A stretch of 64,000 bases of DNA from an uncultured Arcobacteraceae bacterium (GTDB lineage: Bacteria > Campylobacterota > Campylobacteria > Campylobacterales > Arcobacteraceae), in the NCBI GenBank assembly GCA_964022095.1, contig CAXHZO010000001.1:320001-384000 (forward strand), read 5' to 3'. The first letter of the stretch is position 1; each line of letters starts with the position of its first letter. The translations under genes and the position numbers were made by a program. Below are positions 9,685 to 20,222 of this stretch, piece by piece. The notes under the pieces are model-generated. The model did not search any database, was not told the DNA's origin, and saw only the letters and a program-made list of their open reading frames with translations.

Positions 9685-10682
9685 AAACAAAAGCAATAAG
9701 CACAAAAATTAAGTTTATCGGTATTTTATTTATTATCTTAATGATAAGTATTGTAGCAATTACAATGTACTTAAATAACAACAATAAAAAAGATGCACTT
9801 GTAATTAATATAGCTGGGAAGCAAAGAATGCTAACTCAAAAGATATCTAAAAATATTTTTTACTTGTATTACAATAATAAAGCTTCTTATGATGAATTAA
9901 ATCAAGCAAGTATTGAGTTTATTTACAATCTTAATTCTTTAAAAAATGGGAATAGTTTAACAGGTGTTTTTAAAGCTCCGACCTATGAAATAGCAAAACA
10001 AATATCTAAAATAGAAATTTTATGGAATAACTTTTATACAAATATTCAAGAGTTTAAAAAGTTTAATATAGAACAAAATTCATCTAATAAAGTTTTATTA
10101 GGAAATATTGTAGAAGAGATTCAAAAAACTAATATTCCTTTATTAGAAGAAATGGATAAAGCTGTTTCTATGTATACAATTTATAGTGAAACAAAAACAG
10201 ATTTTATTAAAAAAATTCAATATATTTTTGCTTTTTCAATTTTACTTCTTATAATTTATAGTTTTATGGTTTTAAAATCCATGGAAGATAATGCAAAAAG
10301 ATTCTTTGAAGAGTCTAAAAAAATCTTTAAAAATAGCGATGAAGAAACACACTTAAAGCCAATGAAAATAGAAGCAGAGAAAGAAATTGTCGAAGCAACG
10401 GATACAATTAACTGTTTTATTGATAAAATTAATTCTGCTATGGATTATTCAGCAGTTGCAATGGAACAATCAAAAAATGCTTCAATTAAACTTGAAGAGA
10501 TTACAGATGAGTTCGATAAAGTAATAGGTGAAGTAAAAAACTCAGCAGATGTATCTAAACAACTTGACATAAGTGAAGATATGGTTATTGAAACACAAGA
10601 AGAGTTAATAAATTCTACAAAGAAACTTCAAGAGCTAAAAAAAGAACTTGATAAACTTTTAAACAATTGTAAAATGCACTAA
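9681..10682 (+). CDS. Membrane sensor with NarX/PilJ-like periplasmic domain and cytoplasmic coiled coil
   Basis: TM1, P-box-like DALVINIAGKQRMLTQKI, TM2, helical tail; ATGA overlap with the regulator gene. Confidence 0.8.
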   Translation: MKTKAISTKIKFIGILFIILMISIVAITMYLNNNNKKDALVINIAGKQRMLTQKISKNIFYLYYNNKASYDELNQASIEFIYNLNSLKNGNSLTGVFKAPTYEIAKQISKIEILWNNFYTNIQEFKKFNIEQNSSNKVLLGNIVEEIQKTNIPLLEEMDKAVSMYTIYSETKTDFIKKIQYIFAFSILLLIIYSFMVLKSMEDNAKRFFEESKKIFKNSDEETHLKPMKIEAEKEIVEATDTINCFIDKINSAMDYSAVAMEQSKNASIKLEEITDEFDKVIGEVKNSADVSKQLDISEDMVIETQEELINSTKKLQELKKELDKLLNNCKMH

Positions 10683-10762
10683 GTGTATATTTTATATACT
10701 AGAAGTAAAAAATTGTCTACTATTTAATAGATATAATTAAAATAAAAAATTTAGGAAAAAAT

Positions 10763-11494
10763 TTGACAAAAGTATACCTAACAGGAGCAGGTCCTGGAGA
10801 TATTGAATTAATGACTGTAAAAGCTTTAAAACTTGTTCAAAAAGCTGATGTTATTATCTATGATAGACTTGCAAATCCTGAGATACTAGAAGAAGCAAGA
10901 GATGATGCCAATCTAATATTTGTAGGAAAAGAAAAGGGAAACCATAGAGTTCCTCAAGATGAAATAAATGAAATCATTTACCAAAGTGCATTAAAATATG
11001 AAAATGTAGTAAGACTAAAAGGTGGTGATCCTTTTGTATTTGGTAGAGGTGGAGAAGAAGCACTGTATTTAAAAGAAAGAGGAATTGGTTTTGAAATTAT
11101 TCCAGGTGTTACTTCTGCTATTAGTGTTCCAGCATACGCTGGAATTCCTGTAACAAATAGGGGTATTACTCCATCATTTAGAGTTGTAACTGGACATAGA
11201 AAATCTAGTGATAATATTGCTCATATTAATTGGAAAACATTTATTGAAGATGAAACAATAGTATTTTTAATGGGATTACATAATATTTCATTAATAGTTT
11301 CAAAACTACTTGAAGTAGGAAAAGCCAAAGATTATCCATGTGCTATTATTAGTAATGGTACAACAAAAAAACAAACCGTAATAACTGGAACTTTAGAAGA
11401 TATTGTAGAAAAATCTAAAGATGCAGTTAGTCCAGCAATTATTATTGTTGGAGAAGTTGTAAAATTAAGAGACGAATTAAGATGGTTTGATTAA
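10763..11494 (+). CDS. cobA: Uroporphyrinogen-III C-methyltransferase
   Basis: VYLTGAGPGD, VVRLKGGDPFVFGRGGEE, IPGVTSA. Confidence 0.93.
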   Translation: MTKVYLTGAGPGDIELMTVKALKLVQKADVIIYDRLANPEILEEARDDANLIFVGKEKGNHRVPQDEINEIIYQSALKYENVVRLKGGDPFVFGRGGEEALYLKERGIGFEIIPGVTSAISVPAYAGIPVTNRGITPSFRVVTGHRKSSDNIAHINWKTFIEDETIVFLMGLHNISLIVSKLLEVGKAKDYPCAIISNGTTKKQTVITGTLEDIVEKSKDAVSPAIIIVGEVVKLRDELRWFD

Positions 11495-11590
11495 ACCATC
11501 TTCAGCCTTTTAAACTCCCCTAAGAACCTATCTTTTTACCTTCAAAATTCAAAACAAGATATTTATTGTCTTAATTTAAACTTAAAAAAA

Positions 11591-11632
11591 TTGACTTAAG
11601 TCAACCACTAATTTTTTCTTCAGTGTTACAAT
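11591..11632 (+). promoter_or_regulatory. Crp/Fnr (Nss-type) box and extended -10 of the nap promoter
   Basis: Palindrome TTGACTTAAGTCAA 11591-11604, 22-nt spacer, TGT-TACAAT with hexamer at 11627-11632. Confidence 0.8.
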
Positions 11633-11672
11633 TGTGATGTTAAAACAATTCTATTTCGTAAAAGGAGAAAAG

Positions 11673-14477
11673 ATGTCGCTATCAAGAAGAGACTTTCTAA
11701 AAAGCTCAGCAGCAGCAAGTGCAGCAGCAGCAGTTGGTATGAGTGTACCATCTGACTTACAAGCACAATCAAAAGCAGCACAAAGTGGATGGAGATGGGA
11801 CAAGGCAGCTTGTCGTTTCTGTGGTACTGGTTGTGGGATCATGCTTGCAACTAAAGGTGGAAAAATAGTTGCAGTAAAAGGTGATCCAGCAGCTCCAGTA
11901 AACAGAGGTCTTAACTGTATCAAAGGTTATTTCAACGCAAAAATCATGTATGGGGCAGATAGATTAAAACAACCACTGTTAAGAGTTAATGAAAAAGGTG
12001 AATTTGACAAAAAAGGAAAGTTTACTCCTATTTCTTGGGAAAGAGCATTTGATGAGATGGAAGTTCACATTAAAAAAGCTTTAAAAGAAAAAGGTCCTGA
12101 GGGTGTTGGTGTATTTGCTTCTGGTCAATATACAGTTATGGAAGGATATGCAGCACAAAAGATGATGAAAGGTGGATTTAGGTCAAATGCATTTGATCCA
12201 AATGCAAGACACTGTATGGCATCTGCTGTTGTTGGTTTTTACCAAACATTTGGTATTGATGAGCCATCTGGATGTTATGATGATATTGAGTTAACTGATA
12301 CTGTTGTATGTTGGGGTTCAAATATGGCGGAAATGCATCCTATTTTGTGGTCAAGAGTTACGGATAGAAAGCTATCAAATCCAGATAAAGTAAAAGTTAT
12401 AAATATCTCTACGTATAGACATAGAACATCAGATTTAGCTGATAGTGAAATTATCTTTACTCCAAATACTGACTTAGCTTTATGGAATTATATTGCAAGA
12501 GAAATTGTATACAACGCACCTGAAGCAATTGATTGGGATTTTGTAAAAGAACATATTGTATTTGCTGCAAGTCCAGTAAATATGGGTTATGGAATGAGAA
12601 GATCAGGTGAAAAATCTTTAAAAGATGGTAAATATTCTGATAAAGAAATGGAAACTATTTCTAAAGAAATGGTAAAAACTGTTTCTGAAACTGAAGCACC
12701 AGCACTGCAACCTTATGGATATAAAGCTGGAGATAAAATGGAAAATAATCCAGCAGGACTTAAACACTGGGAAATCTCTTTTGAAGAGTATAAAAAATTC
12801 TTAGATCCATATACTTTAGATTATGTTGCAAAAATTTCTAAAGGTGACCCTGATGAAGATATTGAAGTATTCAAGAAAAAACTTCAAGAATTAGCAAACT
12901 TATATATTGAAAAAAATAGAAAAGTTGTAAGTTTCTGGACTATGGGTATGAACCAACATACAAGAGGTACTTGGGTAAATACTTTAGCATATAATGTTCA
13001 CTTCTTACTTAACAAACAAGCTAAACCAGGTTCTGGTGCATTTTCATTAACTGGTCAACCAAGTGCTTGTGGAACAGCAAGAGAAGTAGGAACTTTTGCA
13101 CATAGATTACCAGCTGATATGATGGTAAAAAATGGCAAACATAGAAAAATTGTTGAAAACTCTTGGAAAGTTCCAAATGGAACATTAAATCCAGTTGGAA
13201 ATCAACATATTATGAAAATCCATAGAGATATCGAAGATGGTGTTGTTAAATTTGCATGGGTAAATGTATGTAATCCTTACCAAGATACAGCAAGTGCGAC
13301 ACATTGGATTAAAGCAGCAAGAGAAATGGATAACTTTATTGTAACAAGTGATGGATATCCAGGAATTTCGGCAAAAGTATCTGACCTTATTTTACCTTCT
13401 GCAATGATTTATGAAAAATGGGGAGCATATGGAAATGCTGAAAGAAGAACTCAACACTGGAGACAACAAGTATTACCAGTAGGTGATGCAATGTCTGATA
13501 CATGGCAATGGGTTGAACTTTCAAAAAGATTTACAGTTAAAGATGTATGGGGTGAATATACTCTAAGAAATGGTAAGAAATTAGAAAATGTAATTCCTGA
13601 AGCTAAAAAAATGGGATACGATGAAAATACAACTATGTATGAAATTTTATTCGCAAATGATAAAGCAAAATCATATAAACTAGATCCTAAAGATCCAATT
13701 CAAGCTGGTTATGATAATACTGAAGGTTATGGAGATAGCAGAAATGTTAAAGGTTCTGATGGAGAAGTTTGGAAAGGTTATGGATTCTTTATTCAAAAAT
13801 ATCTATTCGAAGAGTATGCTGATTTTGGTAGAGGACATGCACACGATTTAGCTGATTTTGATACTTATCATAAAGTAAGAGGATTAAAATGGCCAGTTGT
13901 TGATGGTAAAGAAACACAATGGAGATTTAATACTAAATATGATCCATATGCGAAAAAATATGGTAAACCAGGAACTGATTTTGCATTCTACGGAACTTTA
14001 GCAAAAGCCTTAGCTCAAGGTGACTTATTAGGTATTAAAGACAAAACTAAAAAATCTTTAAAAAATAAAGCGAAAATCTTCGCAAGACCATATATGGATC
14101 CACCAGAAGTTCCAGATACTGAGTACCCAGTTTGGTTAAGTACAGGTAGAGTTTTAGAACACTGGCATAGTGGAACTATGACTATGAGAGTTCCTGAATT
14201 ATACAGAGCAGTTCCTGAAGCACTTTGTTACATGCATCCAGAAGATGCAAAAAAATATGGTGTAAAACAAGGTGGACTTTGTTGGGTTGAATCAAGACGT
14301 GGAAAAGTTAAAGCAAGAGTTGAGACAAGAGGTAGAAATAGACCTTCTAAAGGACTTGTATTTGTACCTTGGTTTGATGAGAAAGTATTTATTAATAAAG
14401 TTTGTGCTGATTATACTTGTCCTCAATCAAAACAAACAGACTTTAAAAAATGTGCCGTGAAAATTTATAAAGCATAA
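11673..14477 (+). CDS. napA: Periplasmic nitrate reductase catalytic subunit
   Basis: Tat signal [25 protein letters not shown], terminal [17 protein letters not shown]. Confidence 0.98.
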   Translation: MSLSRRDFLKSSAAASAAAAVGMSVPSDLQAQSKAAQSGWRWDKAACRFCGTGCGIMLATKGGKIVAVKGDPAAPVNRGLNCIKGYFNAKIMYGADRLKQPLLRVNEKGEFDKKGKFTPISWERAFDEMEVHIKKALKEKGPEGVGVFASGQYTVMEGYAAQKMMKGGFRSNAFDPNARHCMASAVVGFYQTFGIDEPSGCYDDIELTDTVVCWGSNMAEMHPILWSRVTDRKLSNPDKVKVINISTYRHRTSDLADSEIIFTPNTDLALWNYIAREIVYNAPEAIDWDFVKEHIVFAASPVNMGYGMRRSGEKSLKDGKYSDKEMETISKEMVKTVSETEAPALQPYGYKAGDKMENNPAGLKHWEISFEEYKKFLDPYTLDYVAKISKGDPDEDIEVFKKKLQELANLYIEKNRKVVSFWTMGMNQHTRGTWVNTLAYNVHFLLNKQAKPGSGAFSLTGQPSACGTAREVGTFAHRLPADMMVKNGKHRKIVENSWKVPNGTLNPVGNQHIMKIHRDIEDGVVKFAWVNVCNPYQDTASATHWIKAAREMDNFIVTSDGYPGISAKVSDLILPSAMIYEKWGAYGNAERRTQHWRQQVLPVGDAMSDTWQWVELSKRFTVKDVWGEYTLRNGKKLENVIPEAKKMGYDENTTMYEILFANDKAKSYKLDPKDPIQAGYDNTEGYGDSRNVKGSDGEVWKGYGFFIQKYLFEEYADFGRGHAHDLADFDTYHKVRGLKWPVVDGKETQWRFNTKYDPYAKKYGKPGTDFAFYGTLAKALAQGDLLGIKDKTKKSLKNKAKIFARPYMDPPEVPDTEYPVWLSTGRVLEHWHSGTMTMRVPELYRAVPEALCYMHPEDAKKYGVKQGGLCWVESRRGKVKARVETRGRNRPSKGLVFVPWFDEKVFINKVCADYTCPQSKQTDFKKCAVKIYKA

Positions 14478-14498
14478 TAGAAAATAAAAGAGATAAAA

Positions 14499-15296
14499 AT
14501 GGGAAATCAACCAATAAACGAAAGAAGAAAATTCTTTTTAACTATTGCAAGAGCAGCTGGTTTAGCAATACTTGGAGGCTTAACATGGAGTGCTTATTTA
14601 AATGAAGTAAAAGCTCATGAGTTAACACTAAGACCACCTGCAGCACTTGATGAAGATGATTTCCTAGCAACTTGTATCAAATGTGGTATGTGCGTTGAAG
14701 CATGTCCATATGATACTTTAAAGTTAGCAAAGCCAGGAGATAACAAACCTTTAGGAACTCCTTATTTTACTCCTAGAGAAACTCCTTGTTATATGTGTAC
14801 TGATATTCCTTGTGTTCCTGTATGTCCAACAGAAGCACTTGATTTAAAATCAGTTCAAAATAAAAATAACCAACTAGATATTAAAAAAATCGATATGGGT
14901 GTTGCAGTTATTGATGATAATAGTTGTATTGCTTTTTGGGGTATTCAATGTGATGCTTGCTATAGGGCTTGTCCACTTTTAGGAGAAGCTATTAGTATTG
15001 AGTATACAAAAAATGAAAGAACAGGGAAACACGCATTTTTAAAGCCTGTTGTACATCCAGATATTTGTACGGGCTGTGGATTATGTGAAAAAGCCTGTGT
15101 AACTGATAAAGCAGCAATATTTGTTTTACCTACAAAAGTCGCTCTTGGAAAAGCAGGTGATTATTACATCAAAGGCTGGGATAAAAATGATGAAAAAAGA
15201 TTAGAAGATGCAACTAGTAAAATCAACACTACAAAAATTAGTGAAGATTCAGCAATTGACTCTTTAAATAGTGGGATGGAGGATTTATTAAAATGA
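14499..15296 (+). CDS. napG: Ferredoxin-type protein NapG
   Basis: RRKFF, LRPP, multiple 4Fe-4S Cys motifs; operon position. Confidence 0.95.
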   Translation: MGNQPINERRKFFLTIARAAGLAILGGLTWSAYLNEVKAHELTLRPPAALDEDDFLATCIKCGMCVEACPYDTLKLAKPGDNKPLGTPYFTPRETPCYMCTDIPCVPVCPTEALDLKSVQNKNNQLDIKKIDMGVAVIDDNSCIAFWGIQCDACYRACPLLGEAISIEYTKNERTGKHAFLKPVVHPDICTGCGLCEKACVTDKAAIFVLPTKVALGKAGDYYIKGWDKNDEKRLEDATSKINTTKISEDSAIDSLNSGMEDLLK

Positions 15297-16105
15297 CAAT
15301 TTTAAAAAAACATGCCTTCTTAATTGCTAGAAGATTTACACAAGTGTTTTTAATGCTTTTATATATAGTAGCAAACGCATATGGAATAAATATTTTAATG
15401 GGAAATTTAAGTTCATCAAAAGTTTTTGAGCTTGTTCCCCTTAGTGATCCATTTGCAGTTTTACAGATGTTTTTTGCAGGTGCAGTAATATCAATAGATA
15501 TTTTAATTGGTGCACTTTTAATCATCATTTTTTATGCTCTAATTGGAGGCCGTGCATTTTGTTCTTGGGTTTGTCCAGTAAATATGATTACAGATTTGGC
15601 AAACTTTTTACGAAGAAAATTGGGATTTAATCAAGTTCAAAAAAAGCAACCGGCTTCTAGAAGTATTAGATATTGGGTTATTGCTATTAGTTTAGTATTA
15701 TCATTTTTAACAGGTGTTGCAGCATTTGAAATGATATCTCCAATATCAATGGTTCACAGAGGAATAATATTTGGTTTAGGTTTTGGTTGGGCAACTATAG
15801 TTGTGATATTTCTTTTTGATTTATTTGTTTTAAAAAATGGATGGTGTGGTCATATCTGCCCTCTTGGTGGATTTTATTCACTAGTAGGTAGATTTAGTTT
15901 AATAAAAGTTCATCACAATGAACCAAACTGTACAGCTTGTATGAAGTGTAAAGAGGTTTGTCCAGAGAGTCAAGTTCTTTTTATGGTCTCAAAAAACAGT
16001 GCTCCTGTTTTATCAGGTGAGTGTACAAACTGTGGAAGATGTGTAGAAGTTTGTGATGATGATGCTTTAAATTTTTCAATAAAAAAATTAAAAAAGGGAG
16101 AATAA
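15293..16105 (+). CDS. napH: Quinol dehydrogenase membrane component NapH
   Basis: GRAFCSWVCP, GWCGHICPLG, two C-terminal ferredoxin motifs. Confidence 0.95.
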   Translation: MTILKKHAFLIARRFTQVFLMLLYIVANAYGINILMGNLSSSKVFELVPLSDPFAVLQMFFAGAVISIDILIGALLIIIFYALIGGRAFCSWVCPVNMITDLANFLRRKLGFNQVQKKQPASRSIRYWVIAISLVLSFLTGVAAFEMISPISMVHRGIIFGLGFGWATIVVIFLFDLFVLKNGWCGHICPLGGFYSLVGRFSLIKVHHNEPNCTACMKCKEVCPESQVLFMVSKNSAPVLSGECTNCGRCVEVCDDDALNFSIKKLKKGE

Positions 16106-16106
16106 A

Positions 16107-16715
16107 ATGAAGTTAGTTAATTTAACTTTAGGAATTATAACTGCGGGAACTATATTTGTAATTAGTTGTTCAGCAGCGAATAATATTCTAAGTGAAGAAG
16201 AAATTGGTCTTAGAAAAACTGATATATATACAGAAGATAAAACTGTTGCTGATAAAACAGAGTACTCAAAAGATGTGCCAGGTACTTCTAAAAAAATCAA
16301 AAGAGCATTTCAAGATGCTCCACCAATGATTCCTCATGATGTAGAAGGTATGATACCTATTACAATTGATAATAATCAGTGTACAATGTGTCATGAACCA
16401 GCAATGGCACAATCAATGGGAGCAACTCCTATTCCAAAGTCCCACTTTATTGACTTTAGACCTAAGCATCATTATAATGGCAAAAAGTTTGAAAAGGCAA
16501 TTGATAACATGAAAAATGAAACTTCAGTTAAACCGATTCCTCAATTAGCAGGTGCAAGATTTAATTGTACTCAATGTCATGCGCCTCAAAGTCAAGGTGC
16601 CTTAGCTGTAGAGAATACTTTTGAAGCAAACTTTACAAAAAAAGATGGTGAATTTAAATCTAGCTGGGATGAAGTTATTCTAGAAGACTTAGATACAGTA
16701 AAGAAAGATAAATAA
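16107..16715 (+). CDS. napB: Diheme cytochrome c subunit NapB
   Basis: APPMIPH, CTMCH, RFNCTQCHAPQ. Confidence 0.95.
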   Translation: MKLVNLTLGIITAGTIFVISCSAANNILSEEEIGLRKTDIYTEDKTVADKTEYSKDVPGTSKKIKRAFQDAPPMIPHDVEGMIPITIDNNQCTMCHEPAMAQSMGATPIPKSHFIDFRPKHHYNGKKFEKAIDNMKNETSVKPIPQLAGARFNCTQCHAPQSQGALAVENTFEANFTKKDGEFKSSWDEVILEDLDTVKKDK

Positions 16716-17201
16716 ATGAAAAGAAGAGAACTATTTAGTTCTCTTGCTTCATCTTTTAATAAAAAGAAGAAGCAAGAAAAAGTTATCAGACCACCATATT
16801 ATGAAAATGAAGAGATTTTTTTCTCAAACTGTATTGATTGCATTAATAAAGAGTGTAGTACAGTTTGTGATGAAAATATCATCGTAATACAAGATGATGG
16901 TACACCAAAACTTGATCTACAAATAAGTGGATGTACTTATTGTGATGAGTGTGCAAATGCTTGTCCAAATGAAGCTTTAGATATAAATTTTAAAAAGAAT
17001 ATCGATGCAATTATACAAATAGATGTCTTATCATGTCTTTCATGGAATCAAACTATGTGTTTTTCATGCAAAGATCCATGTAATGATAATGCAATAGAAT
17101 TTTTAGCAATGTTTAGACCAAGTATTACAAATAACTGTACCTCATGTGGTTTTTGTATAAGTACTTGTCCAACAAATGCTATAAAAATAGTACAAGGATA
17201 A
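16716..17201 (+). CDS. napF: Ferredoxin-type protein NapF
   Basis: RRELF, IRPPY, several Fe-S Cys motifs. Confidence 0.88.
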   Translation: MKRRELFSSLASSFNKKKKQEKVIRPPYYENEEIFFSNCIDCINKECSTVCDENIIVIQDDGTPKLDLQISGCTYCDECANACPNEALDINFKKNIDAIIQIDVLSCLSWNQTMCFSCKDPCNDNAIEFLAMFRPSITNNCTSCGFCISTCPTNAIKIVQG

Positions 17202-17203
17202 AA

Positions 17204-18169
17204 ATGAATTTTTTAAAAACATTAACAATCACTGTTTTAACTATCATTTTTTCAAACTTTTTAAATGCAAAAGATATTAATCCTTCATTTACATATATTG
17301 CAAGTGGTGGAGTAAATGATTTGGTTCTAAAAAAAGACAAATTATATGCAGCAACTAGTGCTTCAAGTATTGATATCTTTGATATTAATACAAAAACAAA
17401 AATTCAATCAATTAAAATAAAAAAAATAAAAGATTTTATGGGTGATGTTATTGACTCAAAAATCTATAGTGTTGATGTAAAAGACAACTCACTTCTTATT
17501 CTTTCACAAGGGAATAAGGGAGGAAGAAATATTGATATTTACAAAGATGAAAAATTTGAAAATATTATTCCTGATACAAAAAGACTATTTATTGCTAAAG
17601 CAAAATATTTAGATGATTCAAGAATAATCTATGCCCTACTTTCAAATCAAATTTTTATCTATAATTTAAAAACAAAAAAAATACAAAATGAAATTCAAGT
17701 ATCTCACTCTAAATTTTCAGATTTTGTATTAACAGAAGATAAAAGCAAAGTAATAGTTGCAGATGAAAGTGGAAATCTAAAAATGTTTTCAACTAATGAT
17801 TTAAAGTTATTACAAAAGTATGAGAAACAAAATGTTGATAATGTATTTCAAGTTGACACTAAAAATAGTATGATTATAACAGCAGGTCAAGATAGAAGAA
17901 GTGCAATATTCAGTCTTGAAAAAACAGTTAATTATTATAAACAATTTGAATTTCTAATTTATAGTGTTGGACTTAGTCCAAGTGCAGAACTTGCAGGAGT
18001 TGCTAGTAATGAACAAAATGATGTAACAATTTTTAATACAAAAACAAAGTCACATCTTCATACACTAAAGCAAAACCCAGCACTTCTATCTAATATTTTA
18101 TTTATAAATGAAAATGAAGTATTAGTTAGTTGTGATCAAGAAAAAATAAATTATTATAAATTAAAATAA
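17204..18169 (+). CDS. napL: Periplasmic beta-propeller protein NapL
   Basis: Signal peptide, WD40-like repeats, located between napF and napD; AAGGA before ATG 17204. Confidence 0.8.
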   Translation: MNFLKTLTITVLTIIFSNFLNAKDINPSFTYIASGGVNDLVLKKDKLYAATSASSIDIFDINTKTKIQSIKIKKIKDFMGDVIDSKIYSVDVKDNSLLILSQGNKGGRNIDIYKDEKFENIIPDTKRLFIAKAKYLDDSRIIYALLSNQIFIYNLKTKKIQNEIQVSHSKFSDFVLTEDKSKVIVADESGNLKMFSTNDLKLLQKYEKQNVDNVFQVDTKNSMIITAGQDRRSAIFSLEKTVNYYKQFEFLIYSVGLSPSAELAGVASNEQNDVTIFNTKTKSHLHTLKQNPALLSNILFINENEVLVSCDQEKINYYKLK

Positions 18170-18180
18170 AAGGATTATAA

Positions 18181-18567
18181 ATGAATATCTCAAGTATCGT
18201 AGTACAAACTAGACCAGAATTTTTAGAAGAGGTAATTGATTCTTTAAAGAAAAGTGGCGTGTGTGATTATCATATGCATGATGAATTAGGAAGGGTAATT
18301 ATAACAATTGAAGGAAATGGAGTTCAAGAAGAGCTAAAGAAAATGAAAGTTATTGAAGCAATACCTCATATAGTAAGTGCAGATATGCAAATGGCTTATA
18401 GCGAAGAAGAGTTAAATGAACATATTAGTGTATTAGAAAACTCTGATGCAGTACCCACTGTATTAAATGACAATGATATTAAACCTCAAGATATCATTTA
18501 TAATGGTGATTTAAAAAAGAAGAACCTAGAAGGCTTTGCTAAACAATTTGATAATACAGGGAAATAG
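18181..18567 (+). CDS. napD: NapA chaperone
   Basis: MNISSIVV start, GRVIITIE; operon position. Confidence 0.9.
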   Translation: MNISSIVVQTRPEFLEEVIDSLKKSGVCDYHMHDELGRVIITIEGNGVQEELKKMKVIEAIPHIVSADMQMAYSEEELNEHISVLENSDAVPTVLNDNDIKPQDIIYNGDLKKKNLEGFAKQFDNTGK

Positions 18568-18568
18568 T

Positions 18569-19012
18569 ATGGAATTTACATCTGGAAACTTTTTTATAGA
18601 AACTATTGTTCCAAAAAATGAACTGATAGTTTCAAGAACTGATTTAAAAGGTAATATTACATACGCAAATGATTTATTTGCTGATATTTCAGGATATACA
18701 GTTGATGAATTATTAGGTAAACCTCATAATATAGTTAGGCACCCAGATATGCCAAAAATTATATTCAAAGAGATGTGGGAAGATTTACAAGCAAATAAAA
18801 GATGGTCAGGTTTTGTAAAAAACATGAGAAAAGATTTTGGATATTATTGGGTTTATGCAGAAATTTCTGGGGTTTATAAAAATGGTGCATTAATTGAATA
18901 TAAATCAATTAGAAGTCCAATTACATTTGAAGATAAAGTAAAATATCAAAAACAATATGACCAAATAAGAGAATATAATAGTGAACTAAAAAGAATAGTA
19001 ATATATAAATAA
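18569..19012 (+). CDS. Stand-alone Aer/CetB-like PAS domain protein
   Basis: IVSRTDLKGNITYAN, GKPHNIVRHPDMP, W.G.VKN. Confidence 0.88.
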   Translation: MEFTSGNFFIETIVPKNELIVSRTDLKGNITYANDLFADISGYTVDELLGKPHNIVRHPDMPKIIFKEMWEDLQANKRWSGFVKNMRKDFGYYWVYAEISGVYKNGALIEYKSIRSPITFEDKVKYQKQYDQIREYNSELKRIVIYK

Positions 19013-19039
19013 TTCACTATTTTTTTGTAAAATAAAATC

Positions 19040-19417
19040 ATGAAAAAAATAACACTAATTTTACTATTTATAAGCTCTTTAATCTCTGAAAATTTAGATA
19101 TTCAAAAAGCAGTAGCAATTGGAATATTTAATGAAAATGGTGTAGGCGAAAACATACAGCATCTTACAACTACAAAAAATGATTATAATGGCACATGCTT
19201 TTCCAAAATTGTAATTTTTGGGAATTTAAATAATTCAAGTGTAAAAGTTAAAATTGGTAACTCAAGAGGTCACTTTATAAAAGCTTCACCAATATATAAT
19301 GACAAAAAACTATTAATAGGTAAAGAGATCACTTTTAAACATTATAATATCAACAAAGGCTATTTTGAAGTAAAAATTGATAATAAGTTATATGATTCTA
19401 AAGTATTCATAAAATAA
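19040..19417 (+). CDS. Hypothetical exported protein
   Basis: MKK plus hydrophobic signal peptide, 125 aa. Confidence 0.7.
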   Translation: MKKITLILLFISSLISENLDIQKAVAIGIFNENGVGENIQHLTTTKNDYNGTCFSKIVIFGNLNNSSVKVKIGNSRGHFIKASPIYNDKKLLIGKEITFKHYNINKGYFEVKIDNKLYDSKVFIK

Positions 19418-19609
19418 ATTTTTAAATTTCTTATTCTAATTAATACAGAATATATACAAATTAGTTTTTCTTATAATAAGATACAAATATTCTACTTTAA
19501 AGCTCTTAAACAAGGTAAATTTTATTTTACCCTTTTTTTATCCTATTTTTCAAAAACCTATACTTTTACATAAGCTAATTTTATCTAAAATGAATACCTA
19601 TTCATTTTA

Positions 19610-19651
19610 TTGACTTAAGTCAATTAATTAAAGCAAAAATCCTTTTATACT
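19610..19651 (+). promoter_or_regulatory. Crp/Fnr (Nss-type) box and -10 of the nrf promoter
   Basis: TTGACTTAAGTCAA 19610-19623, 22-nt spacer, TATACT 19646-19651. Confidence 0.8.
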
Positions 19652-19676
19652 TCTTTTGTGACTAAAAGGATATGCA

Positions 19677-20213
19677 ATGGAAAATAAAAAGATTGTTGTT
19701 TATGGAACAATTTTAAGCCTTCTTATAGCTGCTGGTTTATTTGTTTACACTGTATATGCATCAAATATGCTGTCATATTTATCAAGTGATCCAAAAGCCT
19801 GTATTAATTGTCATACTATGCATTCTGCATATGCGACATGGGACAAAAGTTCACATAAAAATGTGGCTGGCTGTGTTGATTGTCACCTACCAGTTGGGGA
19901 TACAATCGCAAAATATAAAGCAAAAGCAATTGATGGTTGGAACCATTCAGTGGCATTTACTTTAAGCACTTATAAGAATAACATCAAAATAGGTGAAGAT
20001 GGTGCAAATAGAGTTCAAGCAAACTGCGTTAGATGTCACACTAGTGAAAATGCGACACTAAAAGTTAATGCAGATAAATATCATAACAGTGAAGACGGAA
20101 GTCTTGAAAATGGTCGTAAGTGTTGGGAGTGTCACAAATATGTGCCACATGGGAAAGTAAGAAGTTTAACATCAACTCCATTTAATCTTGGTGTTAAAGA
20201 AAGCTTAAAATAG
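19677..20213 (+). CDS. nrfH: Cytochrome c nitrite reductase small (tetraheme) subunit
   Basis: N-terminal TM; CINCH, CVDCH, CVRCH, CWECH; precedes nrfA. Confidence 0.95.
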   Translation: MENKKIVVYGTILSLLIAAGLFVYTVYASNMLSYLSSDPKACINCHTMHSAYATWDKSSHKNVAGCVDCHLPVGDTIAKYKAKAIDGWNHSVAFTLSTYKNNIKIGEDGANRVQANCVRCHTSENATLKVNADKYHNSEDGSLENGRKCWECHKYVPHGKVRSLTSTPFNLGVKESLK

Positions 20214-20222
20214 AGGTTCGTC

